Assembly: GCF_000014265.1 (NCBI RefSeq)
Contig: NC_008312.1
Span: forward strand, 6,000,001 to 6,032,000
Direction of reading: 5' to 3'
DNA from: Trichodesmium erythraeum IMS101
GTDB taxonomy: Bacteria > Cyanobacteriota > Cyanobacteriia > Cyanobacteriales > Microcoleaceae
Length of the DNA stretch: 32,000 nt
Below, piece by piece: positions 10,625 to 20,276 of this stretch (its first letter is position 1; every line of letters starts with the position of its first letter). Position numbers and translations under genes: made by a program. The notes under the pieces were generated by a model. That model did no database searches. It had not been told where the DNA came from and worked only from the letters and a program-made list of their open reading frames with translations.

Positions 10625-11098
10625 ATGACTTGGCGTGGTTCCACAACGGTTCAAGACCGAATTTTTGCCTGTTTACCTTACCTATTACCCTTACTAGATG
10701 GATTAGAGTATGGAAGATACTTATTTCAACAGTTTCCTCCCTTAAAACTAATTTTAATCCCTCTTCTACCTTTATTACAAATTTACCAAGGTATACCTTT
10801 CTCTGGCTTCATTATATTTCTGGCTTTATTTTTACTCGTAGTTAGAAATAATAATATATCTCACTTTATTCGTTTTAATACGATGCAGGCCATTCTATTG
10901 GATATTGTTTTGATTTTATGTTCTCTAATTCTATCAGTATTAGGCAGTGCTTTAGGAGGATTTATTCTGGAGACTCTTTCTAATATGATATTCCTAGGAA
11001 TTTTAGGATCATTCATCTATACAGTAATTCAGTCAGCAATTGGCCGTTATGCAGAAATACCAACTATTTCTGATGCTGTTTATATGCAAGTCCGCTAA
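10625..11098 (+). CDS. Tic20/Ycf60-family membrane protein
   Basis: 157 aa with about four hydrophobic segments. IRFNTMQAILLDI and the overall layout match the Tic20/Ycf60 family (cyanobacterial sll1737-like). AGGAGA lies 8 nt upstream of the ATG. Confidence 0.7.
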   Translation: MTWRGSTTVQDRIFACLPYLLPLLDGLEYGRYLFQQFPPLKLILIPLLPLLQIYQGIPFSGFIIFLALFLLVVRNNNISHFIRFNTMQAILLDIVLILCSLILSVLGSALGGFILETLSNMIFLGILGSFIYTVIQSAIGRYAEIPTISDAVYMQVR

Positions 11099-11215
11099 AA
11101 ATTTTTCAGATAAGCACTAAAATTGTTAGCAAAAATTTTCTCAGCTTAAACATCCTTGCTTCTTCCAATTATAGGTTTTATTAGAAGCCATGTAGTCCAA
11201 AAGGAGATTATTTTC

Positions 11216-11569
11216 ATGAATAAATTCATTTACGAAACAATGTATATCCTGCGCCCAGATATGACTGAAGAAAAAGTAGAGCAGGCAATTACAAAATATA
11301 AAAGTATGTTAGAGGAACAGGGAGCTTACGATATCAAAATTCAACATCGTGGTAAACTTCGTTTAGCTTATGAGATCAATAACCAACGCGAAGGTATATA
11401 TATTCAGATGAACTACCAAGGGCCTCCTACTCAAATAGCAATTTTAGAGAGGGCAATGCGTTTAAGTGAAGAAGTGATTCGTTACTTAACAGTTAAACAG
11501 GAACTACCCAAAACTCCTGAAACAGATACTCAAAAAAACTTAGAGCCAGCAGTAGCATTAGCAGAATAG
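11216..11569 (+). CDS. rpsF: 30S ribosomal protein S6
   Basis: [67 protein letters not shown] is a typical S6 sequence. AAGGAG (11201-11206) lies 9 nt upstream of ATG 11216. The track ORF start at TTG 11156 is an upstream extension. Confidence 0.95.
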   Translation: MNKFIYETMYILRPDMTEEKVEQAITKYKSMLEEQGAYDIKIQHRGKLRLAYEINNQREGIYIQMNYQGPPTQIAILERAMRLSEEVIRYLTVKQELPKTPETDTQKNLEPAVALAE

Positions 11570-11770
11570 TAGCTAATTGTGCATTGTAATTTTTTCTACA
11601 AGAGTATAGTCAGAGTTTCAACTACCATTCAGCATTACTAAAAAATTTGGTTTAAAGCCTCATCCATAAGCTGGCAAATGTTTAGTTGTTTTTTTTGAAG
11701 AAACACAGATGTTATACTAAGCATTAATTAATTATTCTCAGCTTGATAGCTTGAGACAAAAAATAGGTGT

Positions 11771-11930
11771 GGAGGCAAGGAGTTTAACTAGGGTCAAGTT
11801 TTACTCTCACGACATAAAAAGCAGAAGCATAAAAAGCGCAGAGGGTGTAGTAAGTTCAAAACATCAACCTGTCGAGGACGCTCAACCTTAGTTTCAGTCT
11901 CCTTGCCTTTAGCCTAGGGAGAATTTCAAT
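11771..11930 (+). other. Orphan IS200/IS605-type right-end / omega-RNA-like module with no adjacent tnpB coding remnant
   Basis: A long-range 9-bp helix ggcaaggag (11774-11782) / ctccttgcc (11899-11907) closes a ~115-nt segment. It is followed by gggagaatttcaat (11917-11930). That 14-mer matches 13 of 14 positions of gggagaatgtcaat (27098-27111), which terminates a recognisable TnpB tail elsewhere in the window and has a similar closing helix. Confidence 0.35.
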
Positions 11931-12345
11931 AAAGTAGGATTAACATCTCAAAAACTATTCCTGAATATTGCCATATATATGATAGCTTCGGTGGAAACGA
12001 AAAGCTTCAGTACACTAAGTAAGACTAGTAACTACTATCTATAATGCGCTATTATTTATAATAATCTCCAATTCTCTATTTCTATCTATATGTTACTAGG
12101 ATATAAAACTAAGTTAGACCCAAATAACTAACAAAAAAACCTTACTTTTTAAACACAAGCTCTGTAGCCCGTGATGCAAATAAATTGGGGTTTATGGTTA
12201 ATCATAAATATATAGAATCATAACCAACATAATCGCAGTAGTAAAATTAAATTTTCTACTGTTATAGACTTGCATAAACTCCTGGTATCAATAGTTAAAC
12301 CTAAGAATTATTAGTACTATTAATTGTTTAAATGCGCTCCTAAAT

Positions 12346-13132
12346 ATGCTTTCAGGTACTCATCAGAAGTTTGGAAATATTGCTTTGCTCAAATATCTGG
12401 TCAGTAGGAGGGGAGCAAGAGGGGTAGTTTGTATTAAATTACCAATAATTGGAGGGGTTAAAACTTATAAAATCTTGCCAGATAATATAACTCCTAAATT
12501 TGTAACTATCAGCAGAAAAGCAAGCCCTTGTTTTGCAAGCTTTAAAATAGAAACAGCAACCAAAATTCTTGATAAATTAGTAGATGTAGTTGACGTAGAT
12601 TTAGGTATGAAATTGATTGACTGATAAAGTATTTAAAAGTGCTAAATTAATCTGAAAGTTATAATCTAAACTCTATTTATTGCAATATTTGAATAGGCGT
12701 AAAACTAAGTTTTTGATTCTTCAATTCAAAGAAAATACAACTCAAGATAACTCAGTTAAACAACAGGATAACTAATATCAGAAAAGATGCATTACATAAA
12801 TTAACTACTTATTTGGTTCTTAACCACAAGCAAATAGTAATAGAAGACTTAAATTTATCACGAATGATGTTACATCATAACCCATCCCCGCACTAAGAGC
12901 TGAGCCCTAATATGGGTTTTTACAAGTTTAGAATAAAGGCGCAATTACAAATTTGAATTATACGCTTGTCAACTAATAATTAATTGTTGGGAAATAGTAT
13001 CCTAGCTTTTTGACCTGCTCTAATTGTGGAAATATGAAAAAGTCCTTGTATTGAATGGAGAGTGTTATAAATTTTGAACATTCCGGTTTTAGTTACAATT
13101 GAGATTTAAATGCTAGTGTGAATCAAGCTTAG
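12346..13132 (+). pseudogene. tnpB: tnpB (IS200/IS605-family RNA-guided nuclease), internally deleted and multiply disrupted
   Basis: Collinear fragments in different frames. The N-terminal fragment is LPIIGGVKTYKILPDNITPKFVTISRKASPCFASFKIE...DVDLGMKLID (RuvC-I-like D.DLG, track ORF 12346-12624). Next is IRKDALHKLTTYLVLNHKQIVIEDLNLSRMM (RuvC-II IEDLN, from 12777). Then comes the zinc-finger CSNCGNMKKSL (~13005-13050), and ..DLNASVNQA ends at 13132. Several stops lie between the pieces. The total length of ~790 nt is shorter than a full tnpB. Confidence 0.75.
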
Positions 13133-13764
13133 ATGGGCAGTTGATCCTCGTGTGCAGGGATATCTGGAAACCCCAACGTTGCTAGGTATAAACAGGGATA
13201 GAACAAGTTATCTATAATATAATGATAAGATAATCCTGGATTTATATAGATAATTATAGGTTTCTCAGAAAGGATATATGCTAGTAATACAACCAATGCG
13301 ATCTTGCGATCTTTGCAACCAATAGCTATCACTTCAACCAATTATGCTTACAAATTCAAATATTCAGATCTTTAAGTAGGTTAAATGTTTACTGCCTAGT
13401 ATTAATATAACAAGACTAAACCTATTGTAATAATTTTAAACACCTCACAGCACTTCACTATATTCGTGAGATAAGTATTTAGAGAGCAAGATGACCAGAG
13501 TATAATAGTTTTACTATTTACCTCTTGTATAACTTCTGTCCAAGCTAATGCTGTCAAGACAATTGCTATACATCACCTAGTCTATCAGAATTTAGACTCA
13601 AATATTTAATAGTTTTTGATTAACTCAAAAATAAAAACTGTAACATTAAGGATAAAGGGAAAACTTTCCTCACTTCCAGTAATTTATTATTTTATTAGTT
13701 ATTGGGGCTATACAATTTAGAAATAGTATAAAAGAATTACTGAATAATAAGGAACTAAACTAAA

Positions 13765-14322
13765 GTGAGCCAAATGCAAAAATTAAATTCACAACAACTT
13801 CAAGGTGAACTTTCTCGCCTTAACGAAGAACTACAAATGCGAGACCAATTAATTCAACAATTGTCTCAAGAACTTTTTCGCTTAGTTAAGGGAAATACAA
13901 GTATTGTACCAAAACCTATTATTCCTGAAGCTTATCAGTCTCAAATGCAAAGCTTAAAGGAACAACTCAATGAAGTTGAACAACAAGTAACTTTTTATCA
14001 AGAACAAATTTCTGAGCGAGATGCAGAAATATATAATTTGCGTCATTCTGTACAAGAATTAACAGACCGCTCCCAAATGCTAGAACAAGTAGTACAAGAA
14101 CTACCAGAAGTATATCGTCAGAAATTTTCTGATCGACTTACACAAGTGCTGGAAAAAGTTGAAATGTTGCAAAAGGAAAACCGTCAGCTTCATACAGAGT
14201 TACAAAGTGTTAGTTATCGTCTAGCAGTTAGAAACCGTCAAACTAGTGGTCTTGATCTACCTGCTTTTGATCCTGCTCAGTCTGATTCTTCTGTAGAAAT
14301 GCCTACACTTGGTAATGCTTGA
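13765..14322 (+). CDS. Coiled-coil hypothetical protein (Q/E/L-rich)
   Basis: 185-aa track ORF with heptad-like Q/E/L periodicity (LQGELSRLNEELQMRDQLIQQLSQEL...). GTG start at 13765, with an alternative ATG at 13774. I recognised no family. Confidence 0.6.
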   Translation: MSQMQKLNSQQLQGELSRLNEELQMRDQLIQQLSQELFRLVKGNTSIVPKPIIPEAYQSQMQSLKEQLNEVEQQVTFYQEQISERDAEIYNLRHSVQELTDRSQMLEQVVQELPEVYRQKFSDRLTQVLEKVEMLQKENRQLHTELQSVSYRLAVRNRQTSGLDLPAFDPAQSDSSVEMPTLGNA

Positions 14323-14635
14323 TTTTAGTAAGTATGGCCAGGGGTTGATACCAATTTTTCTCTAACCATCACTAAAAAGCCAAATAAATTAGATTGGCAA
14401 AGTAGGCCATATAGAATTGCTATGCTTAAAGCATATGGAAGACTAATCTCACCAATAATTATATTTTCTCGGCCATCCCTGAGTGTCTCTCAATCAAAAT
14501 TGGAAAGAGAAGTCATTGCGTTTACCAGTAACTAGGGGTAAAGTGACTGGTAGCTATGACTGCTAGTTATGGTGTTGTTCTTCAGCAAGATTTTTGAGCG
14601 TTATACAAATCCTTAATCACTCAAAGTCCTTCGGC

Positions 14636-14775
14636 TCTTGATTTCTATTTCTTGAGGGGTTGGCGGAGAAAGTGTGGGAGCTATGATCGCTTTTCTTAGG
14701 AGTATAATCTCTTTCTTGTAAATTATCTCTAATTTCTGTATTTAAGTAATTGGGACAATTTTATTGGCCTTTACA
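14636..14775 (+). repeat. Dispersed ~140-bp repeat, copy 1 (family A)
   Basis: Aligns with 17143-17285 in the same orientation. The 29-nt core ctctaatttctgtatttaagtaattggga is identical (14727-14755 vs 17240-17268). The flanks are similar (cttgattt..atttcttga.., a G-rich gtgggag block, tataat.t, aatttt.tt.gc). Confidence 0.8.
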
Positions 14776-14784
14776 CCATTATGC

Positions 14785-15138
14785 TTACTTTAAGTTAAAG
14801 TACGAAAAAATTTCATCAAGATTACTAAACATTTGAAAAACTCTATCTAATTGAGCAATCTCAAAAGCTAGCTTAACTGTAGGATGATTTAGGTTACAAA
14901 TCACTAAACGATAACCATCTTTACGAGCTATGTCTAAACCAGTAAGTAATACACTTAAACCAGAACTATCTATAGACTCGACATTTGCCATATCAACAAT
15001 CCAAAAATTGGATGGTTTTCCTCGTAGAGATATAAATTGCTCCTTCATATCATTTGCGTGGTTCAGGTCTAAGTGTTGGTGCGGAACTAAAATAATATAT
15101 TTGATATCAATATCAACAGTTTTCATAGGTATCACCAT
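14785..15138 (-). CDS. STAS-domain protein (anti-sigma-factor antagonist, SpoIIAA-like)
   Basis: 117 aa. VESIDSSGLSVLLTGL contains the conserved phosphorylatable Ser context (DSSG), followed by RLVICNLNHPTVKLAFEIAQLDRVF, typical of STAS anti-anti-sigma factors. No partner kinase or phosphatase gene is nearby. Confidence 0.75.
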   Translation of the reverse strand: MVIPMKTVDIDIKYIILVPHQHLDLNHANDMKEQFISLRGKPSNFWIVDMANVESIDSSGLSVLLTGLDIARKDGYRLVICNLNHPTVKLAFEIAQLDRVFQMFSNLDEIFSYFNLK

Positions 15139-16264
15139 TAATCAAAAAGAAGTAGTTTAGTTTTTTAGTTTACTCTAAAAATAAGGATAAAATAGAAGAT
15201 AATTTTTGTAGTGCAAAATCACGGAAGTACAACTCAAAATTCAAAAATGAAAAGTATTGATTTGTAAGGCTTTGATTCTTTTTATTATCCCTATTAATAT
15301 TAGAACTGCTATATCTCTTATCTACATCAAGATGACTTAAGTCATAAGTTAGTTCCTCCTATTCTACTAACTAACATGATCGTAAAAAATAAATAAATAA
15401 ATAATAAATTTTATGGTAATTCTGTAGATATACTTATGTTTATAAGTAAACTTTTTTCACTCTCAGAAGTCTAACTACAGAAATCACTACTTGTACACCA
15501 CTATCAATTTTATTAAGTCAACTTTGGAAGTAAAGTCCTATTTAATAATAATTTGTATCACTATACACAAATCAGCTCATAGCTGATCAATATAGTTAAC
15601 TAGCTATTTTATTGGGGATAGCCTTGGAAAAAAATGTAGATATACCTATACCAGAAGAAAAAATGGTTACTCTTTTCAGAGGTTTTCCTCCTTGGAATGG
15701 AGGTTAACTTATTGGTAGATTTGGGTTGTACAATTATGGGAACTATACTCGGTAATAGTTGTGGACATTAGCTTTGCAAGTATGGTGGTTGACCATTCCG
15801 GATTAAGAAGCAAAACTTCTGAGTGTTAAAAATTCGCTTCAGTAAAAATCTAGCTGATTTTAATAGATTTGTGATTTTATGAAGCATTTTTGTTGTACTT
15901 TTAGCTAGAAACGCTCAAATGCTTCATTGGAAATTCTTATTATGTAATTTGATCACAGCAACTCTTTGAGAATTGATAATGGGAAGTTTATCTTTTTTGT
16001 ACTGGACAAGATGATCGTCATAGAATGATTAGAGTAAAATGGCCATTAGCTCCTAGAATATAGACTTTTATCTTTAATACTTAATAGCATTGATCCCAGT
16101 ACATGTCATCAATTCAAGGGGTTGACATTTACGGTATATTATGATATGAAAGAATACTTATAACCATAATTATGTACGCCGACTGCTCTAAACGACAATA
16201 CATGACTAGACATTATAGAAAAAGGAACGACTAATAAGAATCCATTCAAAATTTACTACTAGGG

Positions 16265-16545
16265 CGTGAAGAAACTTGAGGGAGGACAGCAGCAGACAAA
16301 CACCTCTTTGTGAAAGTTATTTTATATGTGTATAGACATGGAATTCCGAACCAGAGACTTACCAAAAAGATTTGGGGACTAAGGCAAACGTCAATACTCG
16401 TTTTAGTCGTTGGAGCTATTCAGGGGTATGGGAAAAACTATTTCAAACTCTAGCTGAGAATTTAGAAAACGAACATGACATGATCAATGGCATTATTAGT
16501 ACTCATCAACATAGTGCAGGAAAAAAAGACAAAGGATTTTGGGGA
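16265..16545 (+). pseudogene. IS5-family (IS427/IS1031-like) transposase N-terminal (OrfA) remnant
   Basis: ..GIPNQRLTKKIWG / frame shift / KANVNTRFSRWSYSGVWEKLFQTLAENLENEHDMINGIISTHQHSAGKK matches the IS5-group pattern PWRDLP..FG.W.TV..RF.RW...GVW......L....D.E...IDST.VRAHQHAAGAK. It is frameshifted and truncated. It shares the 14-mer aaggcaaacgtcaa with the second remnant (16381-16394 vs 29166-29179). Confidence 0.65.
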
Positions 16546-16873
16546 TTTTTATAAGTTATAAAGCAACAAGTCTATGGCTTATAAATTCCCATAAATTCCA
16601 GCATAGTTATATCCTAAGATTTTGTGTTATTCCCAGATTATTAGAAATGCTTAAACATTTTATTTGGCTGTTAATTCACTACCTCAAGTTTTAATATGTT
16701 TTTGTCCCTCAAAGATTCATTGCATTGCTACATTTATAAAGGCCAATATTTCTATTACTTGAGATTTAAATTTTTAGATTTTCAAAGATATAAATTTTGA
16801 GATAAAGAGTGCACATTAAGATATACTAAATGTTATAAAATTTTTTTTGTGGAAAAAAAGGTAGGTTGATGTT

Positions 16874-17011
16874 ATGGAATTAGCAATGCTATTGGCAAAA
16901 CTGCCAGAAGCTTACTCAGTTTTTAATCCGTTAGTCGATGTTTTACCAGTAATTCCTGTATTCTTTTTGTTGCTAGCTTTTGTATGGCAAGCAGCAGTAG
17001 GTTTCAGATAA
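16874..17011 (+). CDS. psbK: Photosystem II reaction centre protein K
   Basis: A 45-codon ORF, below the track cut-off: [78 protein letters not shown] is the highly conserved mature PsbK sequence preceded by a short pre-sequence. Confidence 0.95.
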   Translation: MELAMLLAKLPEAYSVFNPLVDVLPVIPVFFLLLAFVWQAAVGFR

Positions 17012-17107
17012 AAATAAAATCTCTCAAAAGTTATTTGCTTCCTTTTTCATTGTTAGTAAAATTGTGAACATAATACTGTGGAAGCTTACAGATACTAAGT
17101 TTTTCAT

Positions 17108-17136
17108 CTAGAGAGGTAAATTCTCTCTGGATTTTT
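17108..17136 (+). terminator. Candidate intrinsic terminator downstream of psbK
   Basis: Stem ctagagagg (17108-17116) / ttctctctgg (17121-17130), about 8 bp including G-U pairs, with a ~5-nt loop. It is followed by attttt (17131-17136), about 97 nt after the psbK stop. Confidence 0.45.
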
Positions 17137-17142
17137 CATTTT

Positions 17143-17285
17143 GCTTGATTTTTGTTTTATTTCTTGATTGAAGTGTTGTGGGAGGGTGGGCGACAACTAT
17201 ATCCCTTTGCTTGGTTATAATTCTATTTTTACAAATCACCTCTAATTTCTGTATTTAAGTAATTGGGATAATTTTGTTAGCTGCT
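17143..17285 (+). repeat. Dispersed ~140-bp repeat, copy 2 (family A)
   Basis: See copy 1 (14636-14775). The identical 29-nt core is at 17240-17268. Confidence 0.8.
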
Positions 17286-17441
17286 AACCTGAATTTTTAC
17301 TTTATAGACCAAAAAGCGTTGGTAAATTCAGGTATGATTTGTATTTTTTGGTAGTTGCTAAACTATTGAATAATAAATATTCGGAATTATTCAATTTTTA
17401 TTTTCATACTTTGTTAGACCTAGACCGACCTAGACCAAAAT

Positions 17442-18546
17442 TCATCTAAAATCTACTAGGGTTCTGTCTTTTTGGGTATAGTACCAACCAAAGCGATTGG
17501 CCAGGAAAGCATCTAAGCTAATCTGCTCTTGTTTGAGGAAACGACTTTGGATGATTTTTCCATTGAGATACATATCCAACACAGCGCAAAGGGAGGCAGA
17601 AGTTGTAAGCTGGATAGCACTCCATATTTCTCCATACAAGCTTATGGGGTAAATCTTGCGGACATCGCTGATTTGTTCAAGATAACCATTTCTCCAACCA
17701 TTTACAGAACAGAAGATAACTATTACATCTTGCTTCGTCATAGGTATAGCATTTTCCAATATTTCTTGAAGAAGTTCTCGGCGGTCACTTAAACCCAATT
17801 CATTGGTTAAAAATTTCATCAGATATTGATGACCGGGATAACCCAGGGTCTTATAGTTAAGATTGCGCACTTGGCCCTCGAGAGTTTCGCAAAGAGTTCC
17901 CACCAGAAGTATTAAATGCTTCGTAATTTTCTCCATCTAGGGAGAAAGACTCCTCTTCTTCTAAGGGTATGGCCTCAACTTTACGACCATTATGAATAAC
18001 TTCACAAGGATTACAGTATTCATTAATTAAACCGGTTGTAGACCAGGTGAGGTTATACATCATCATATTAGATGGGTACTGCGGTAGAGCACCTACACGC
18101 ATTTTTAAATCTTCAAGCTTCTCAAAACCACTACACAGGTGATTAGCAAGGATACCGATAAACCCAGGGGCAAGTCCGCACTGAGGTACAAAGATAGAAC
18201 TATTAGGACTTGTTTTGGCAATAGAACGAACTACATTGGTAGTTGCTACATCTTCAGTCAAGTCAAAATAACTGACCCTAGCTTTAGCTGCAGCCCTAGC
18301 AATGATAGGATTGACTTCATAGGAGCAAGCAGAGACAACACAATCTTGGCCTTCTAGTTTTTTTGTCAGAGTAGTTTCATCACTTATATCTATGGAAAAG
18401 GCATTGACAGGCAAAGATGCTGTTAAGCTTTCTAAAGCTTCAGGTTCTATATCCCTAACCATTATGATTTAATCACTGCTGTAATGTAAAAGTTTAGCGA
18501 TCGCCGACCCAATTTTTCCAGTTCCTAATATAGTGACATGGTACAT
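17442..18546 (-). pseudogene. Saccharopine-dehydrogenase-family NAD(P)-binding protein, disrupted by one in-frame stop and one frameshift
   Basis: Three collinear pieces. (1) ATG 18546-18544, MYHVTILGTGKIGSAIAKLLHYSSD (Rossmann GxGxxG), then an in-frame TAA at 18471-18469. (2) Track ORF 17857-18462 (..QCGLAPGFIGILANHL..LDGENYEAFNTSGG). (3) A frame change near 17897-17907 into the frame of track ORF 17442-17936 (..GTLCETLEGQVRNLNYKTLGYPGH..). Confidence 0.75.
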
Positions 18547-18551
18547 AGTTT

Positions 18552-19571
18552 TTACAATCTGAATTTAATTTGGTTCAACATAAATTGGATGTGCAAATTA
18601 ATTACATCTTGATATGTATCCACGGATTTCCTATCCCAAAGATTGTGTCCTGCATCAAGTATATGCAACTTACATTTTTCGTCATTTTCTGCAAATTCCT
18701 GCAGCTTATGAAGATACTGAGGAAATAAATTGAAAGGGTCGCCCAAGCTAACCAAAATTAGGATTGGAGATAGAGATGGTCTAGATGGATAATTAAAGTT
18801 CGGTGTGAAAGTCTTGTAGGCTTCCCAACTATAATCGTGTAAAGTGACACCTGGAGCATGGAGAAGATCTGCTAGAATTCCAGCTTTCTCCTCCAAATAT
18901 TGAACAGTAAATTGAAATAGTTCTGGATCTGGATGTGGTGGATTAACTGCTATTGCTCCAGCCAAGTCATGATAATGTTGTGCATACATTATACCTGCTA
19001 TACCACCTTGACTACGTCCAGCAATAAAAACTGGGCGATCAGGATAAAGTCGCGACAATACAAGATGAACATGGCGAATTATTGTCATAAGACCATGCTC
19101 GCTGGCAAATTCAAATGGAGCATCTGAACCCATGCCGTTAAGTGGAAGATCGGCAGGAAAAGAAGCCACACGGAATGTCTCACCCTCAGGTAATAATTCA
19201 GTTAATAAACTTTGGTTGCTTTTTCGTCCAGTTCCACGATTCTTGCTTTTTCGGCCATGAAAAGTGCCTGCAACATCGCATAAGGTCTCGGCAACAGAAA
19301 AGGTTGTTCCTGTACCAGGTAATAGGATTTGGATTGCACGATGAGTCTTATCAACTAACTTCTTTGGTTCTAAGATACCTGTGAAGGCCATCGGCAGATA
19401 TAATTTAGTGAATGGAAGACTTTGTGTAGGTTTGTTTGTAGCACCAACTCGATGAACCAATTCTTGGCTCTCTTGAATCACTTTCATACCTAGTAATTCA
19501 TGGCGGGTTAAATTAGGAACTCTTACCAATTCTTCATTTATCTGCTCGAGCCTTTTCAATTCTGAACTCAT
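18552..19571 (-). CDS. Alpha/beta-fold hydrolase
   Basis: 339 aa. Nucleophile elbow G-R-S-Q-G-G in FIAGRSQGGIAGIMYAQ, with a late D/H region (LHILDAGHNLW). The stop lies 5 nt before the start of the downstream dehydrogenase pseudogene, and the start overlaps the stop of an upstream gene remnant (ATGA). Confidence 0.7.
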   Translation of the reverse strand: MSSELKRLEQINEELVRVPNLTRHELLGMKVIQESQELVHRVGATNKPTQSLPFTKLYLPMAFTGILEPKKLVDKTHRAIQILLPGTGTTFSVAETLCDVAGTFHGRKSKNRGTGRKSNQSLLTELLPEGETFRVASFPADLPLNGMGSDAPFEFASEHGLMTIIRHVHLVLSRLYPDRPVFIAGRSQGGIAGIMYAQHYHDLAGAIAVNPPHPDPELFQFTVQYLEEKAGILADLLHAPGVTLHDYSWEAYKTFTPNFNYPSRPSLSPILILVSLGDPFNLFPQYLHKLQEFAENDEKCKLHILDAGHNLWDRKSVDTYQDVINLHIQFMLNQIKFRL

Positions 19572-19783
19572 TGTTTCCGAATTTTGTACGCTAAAAGATA
19601 AATAGGGTCATCGTAAATTGGCATCACTTTAGAATCAATAGGAGTCCATTCTGGTTGGTCTAGGACTTTCTGAAGTTTAGGTAAGAAACTCTGGCGTGCC
19701 GTTAAAACTAATACACCTTCAGGGTGGATATTGTCTTGAATTTTGTTAAGTTCTACCTCATCAAAATTTTTACTGGAACAGAT
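19568..19783 (-). pseudogene. C-terminal remnant of an upstream gene (possibly a class I SAM methyltransferase)
   Basis: The minus frame ending in TGA 19570-19568 reads ICSSKNFDEVELNKIQDNIHPEGVLVLTARQSFLPKLQKVLDQPEWTPIDSKVMPIYDDPIYLLAYKIRKQ. It is closed by TAG at 19786-19784 and has no start codon. Only broken fragments are visible further upstream (to ~19960). HPEGVLVL resembles the LKPGG.L.L region of methyltransferases, which is a weak assignment. Confidence 0.35.
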
Positions 19784-20255
19784 CTACTTTAACTACTCGT
19801 TTGCTTCTTGGTTAGATATTCTTCTCCCATTTGATATTTCATCAAATTCACAGGGTATATTCTAGGTTTTCTTCAAAACTGGTACTTTTAACCCGGATTT
19901 GGCAGAATATACCTAAAATTGTGCAGAGCGCTTTTTTCTTTCGTGTTTAGTTACAGCTAAAAAGCAAATATATGTGAGGTTTGCTAGCCCACTTTTAAAT
20001 TTATTAAATTCTCAGGCTTTATTTTATTCCTCATTGGTAGAAATACTAAAACATTATTTGTTGGCTGTTAATTTACCGAAAAATTTGGTTTCAAGCTCCA
20101 CCCTTCTAGGACAACTTTTTAGTTTTTTTGAATAAATTAATGTTATCTTTATTGTTGTTAGTTACAGGACCGGCAGTCTGAGACAAAAGACAGACGTGGA
20201 AGCCAACGAAAAATTTGCATATAGTTAGTATCTGCTAAAATGGGTTAGACCATGT

Positions 20256-20276
20256 AAGAACTCAGAACTCAGAATT
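20256..20276. repeat. Heptamer tandem repeat (CAGAACT-type, 3 units)
   Basis: aagaact cagaact cagaatt read directly. Confidence 0.55.

Noticed and set aside
16122-16150. Textbook-looking promoter: TTGACA (16122-16127), 17-bp spacer with TG at 16142-16143, TATGAA (16145-16150)
   Set aside because: The only thing downstream on that strand is the IS5 OrfA remnant. Hexamer matches of this kind are common in AT-rich DNA. I do not call it without TSS data.
14655-17205. G-quadruplex potential of the G-rich blocks in repeat family A (gaggggttggcgg..gtgggag; gtgggagggtggg)
   Set aside because: Neither copy has four clean runs of three or more G within a short span, so a canonical G4 cannot be supported.
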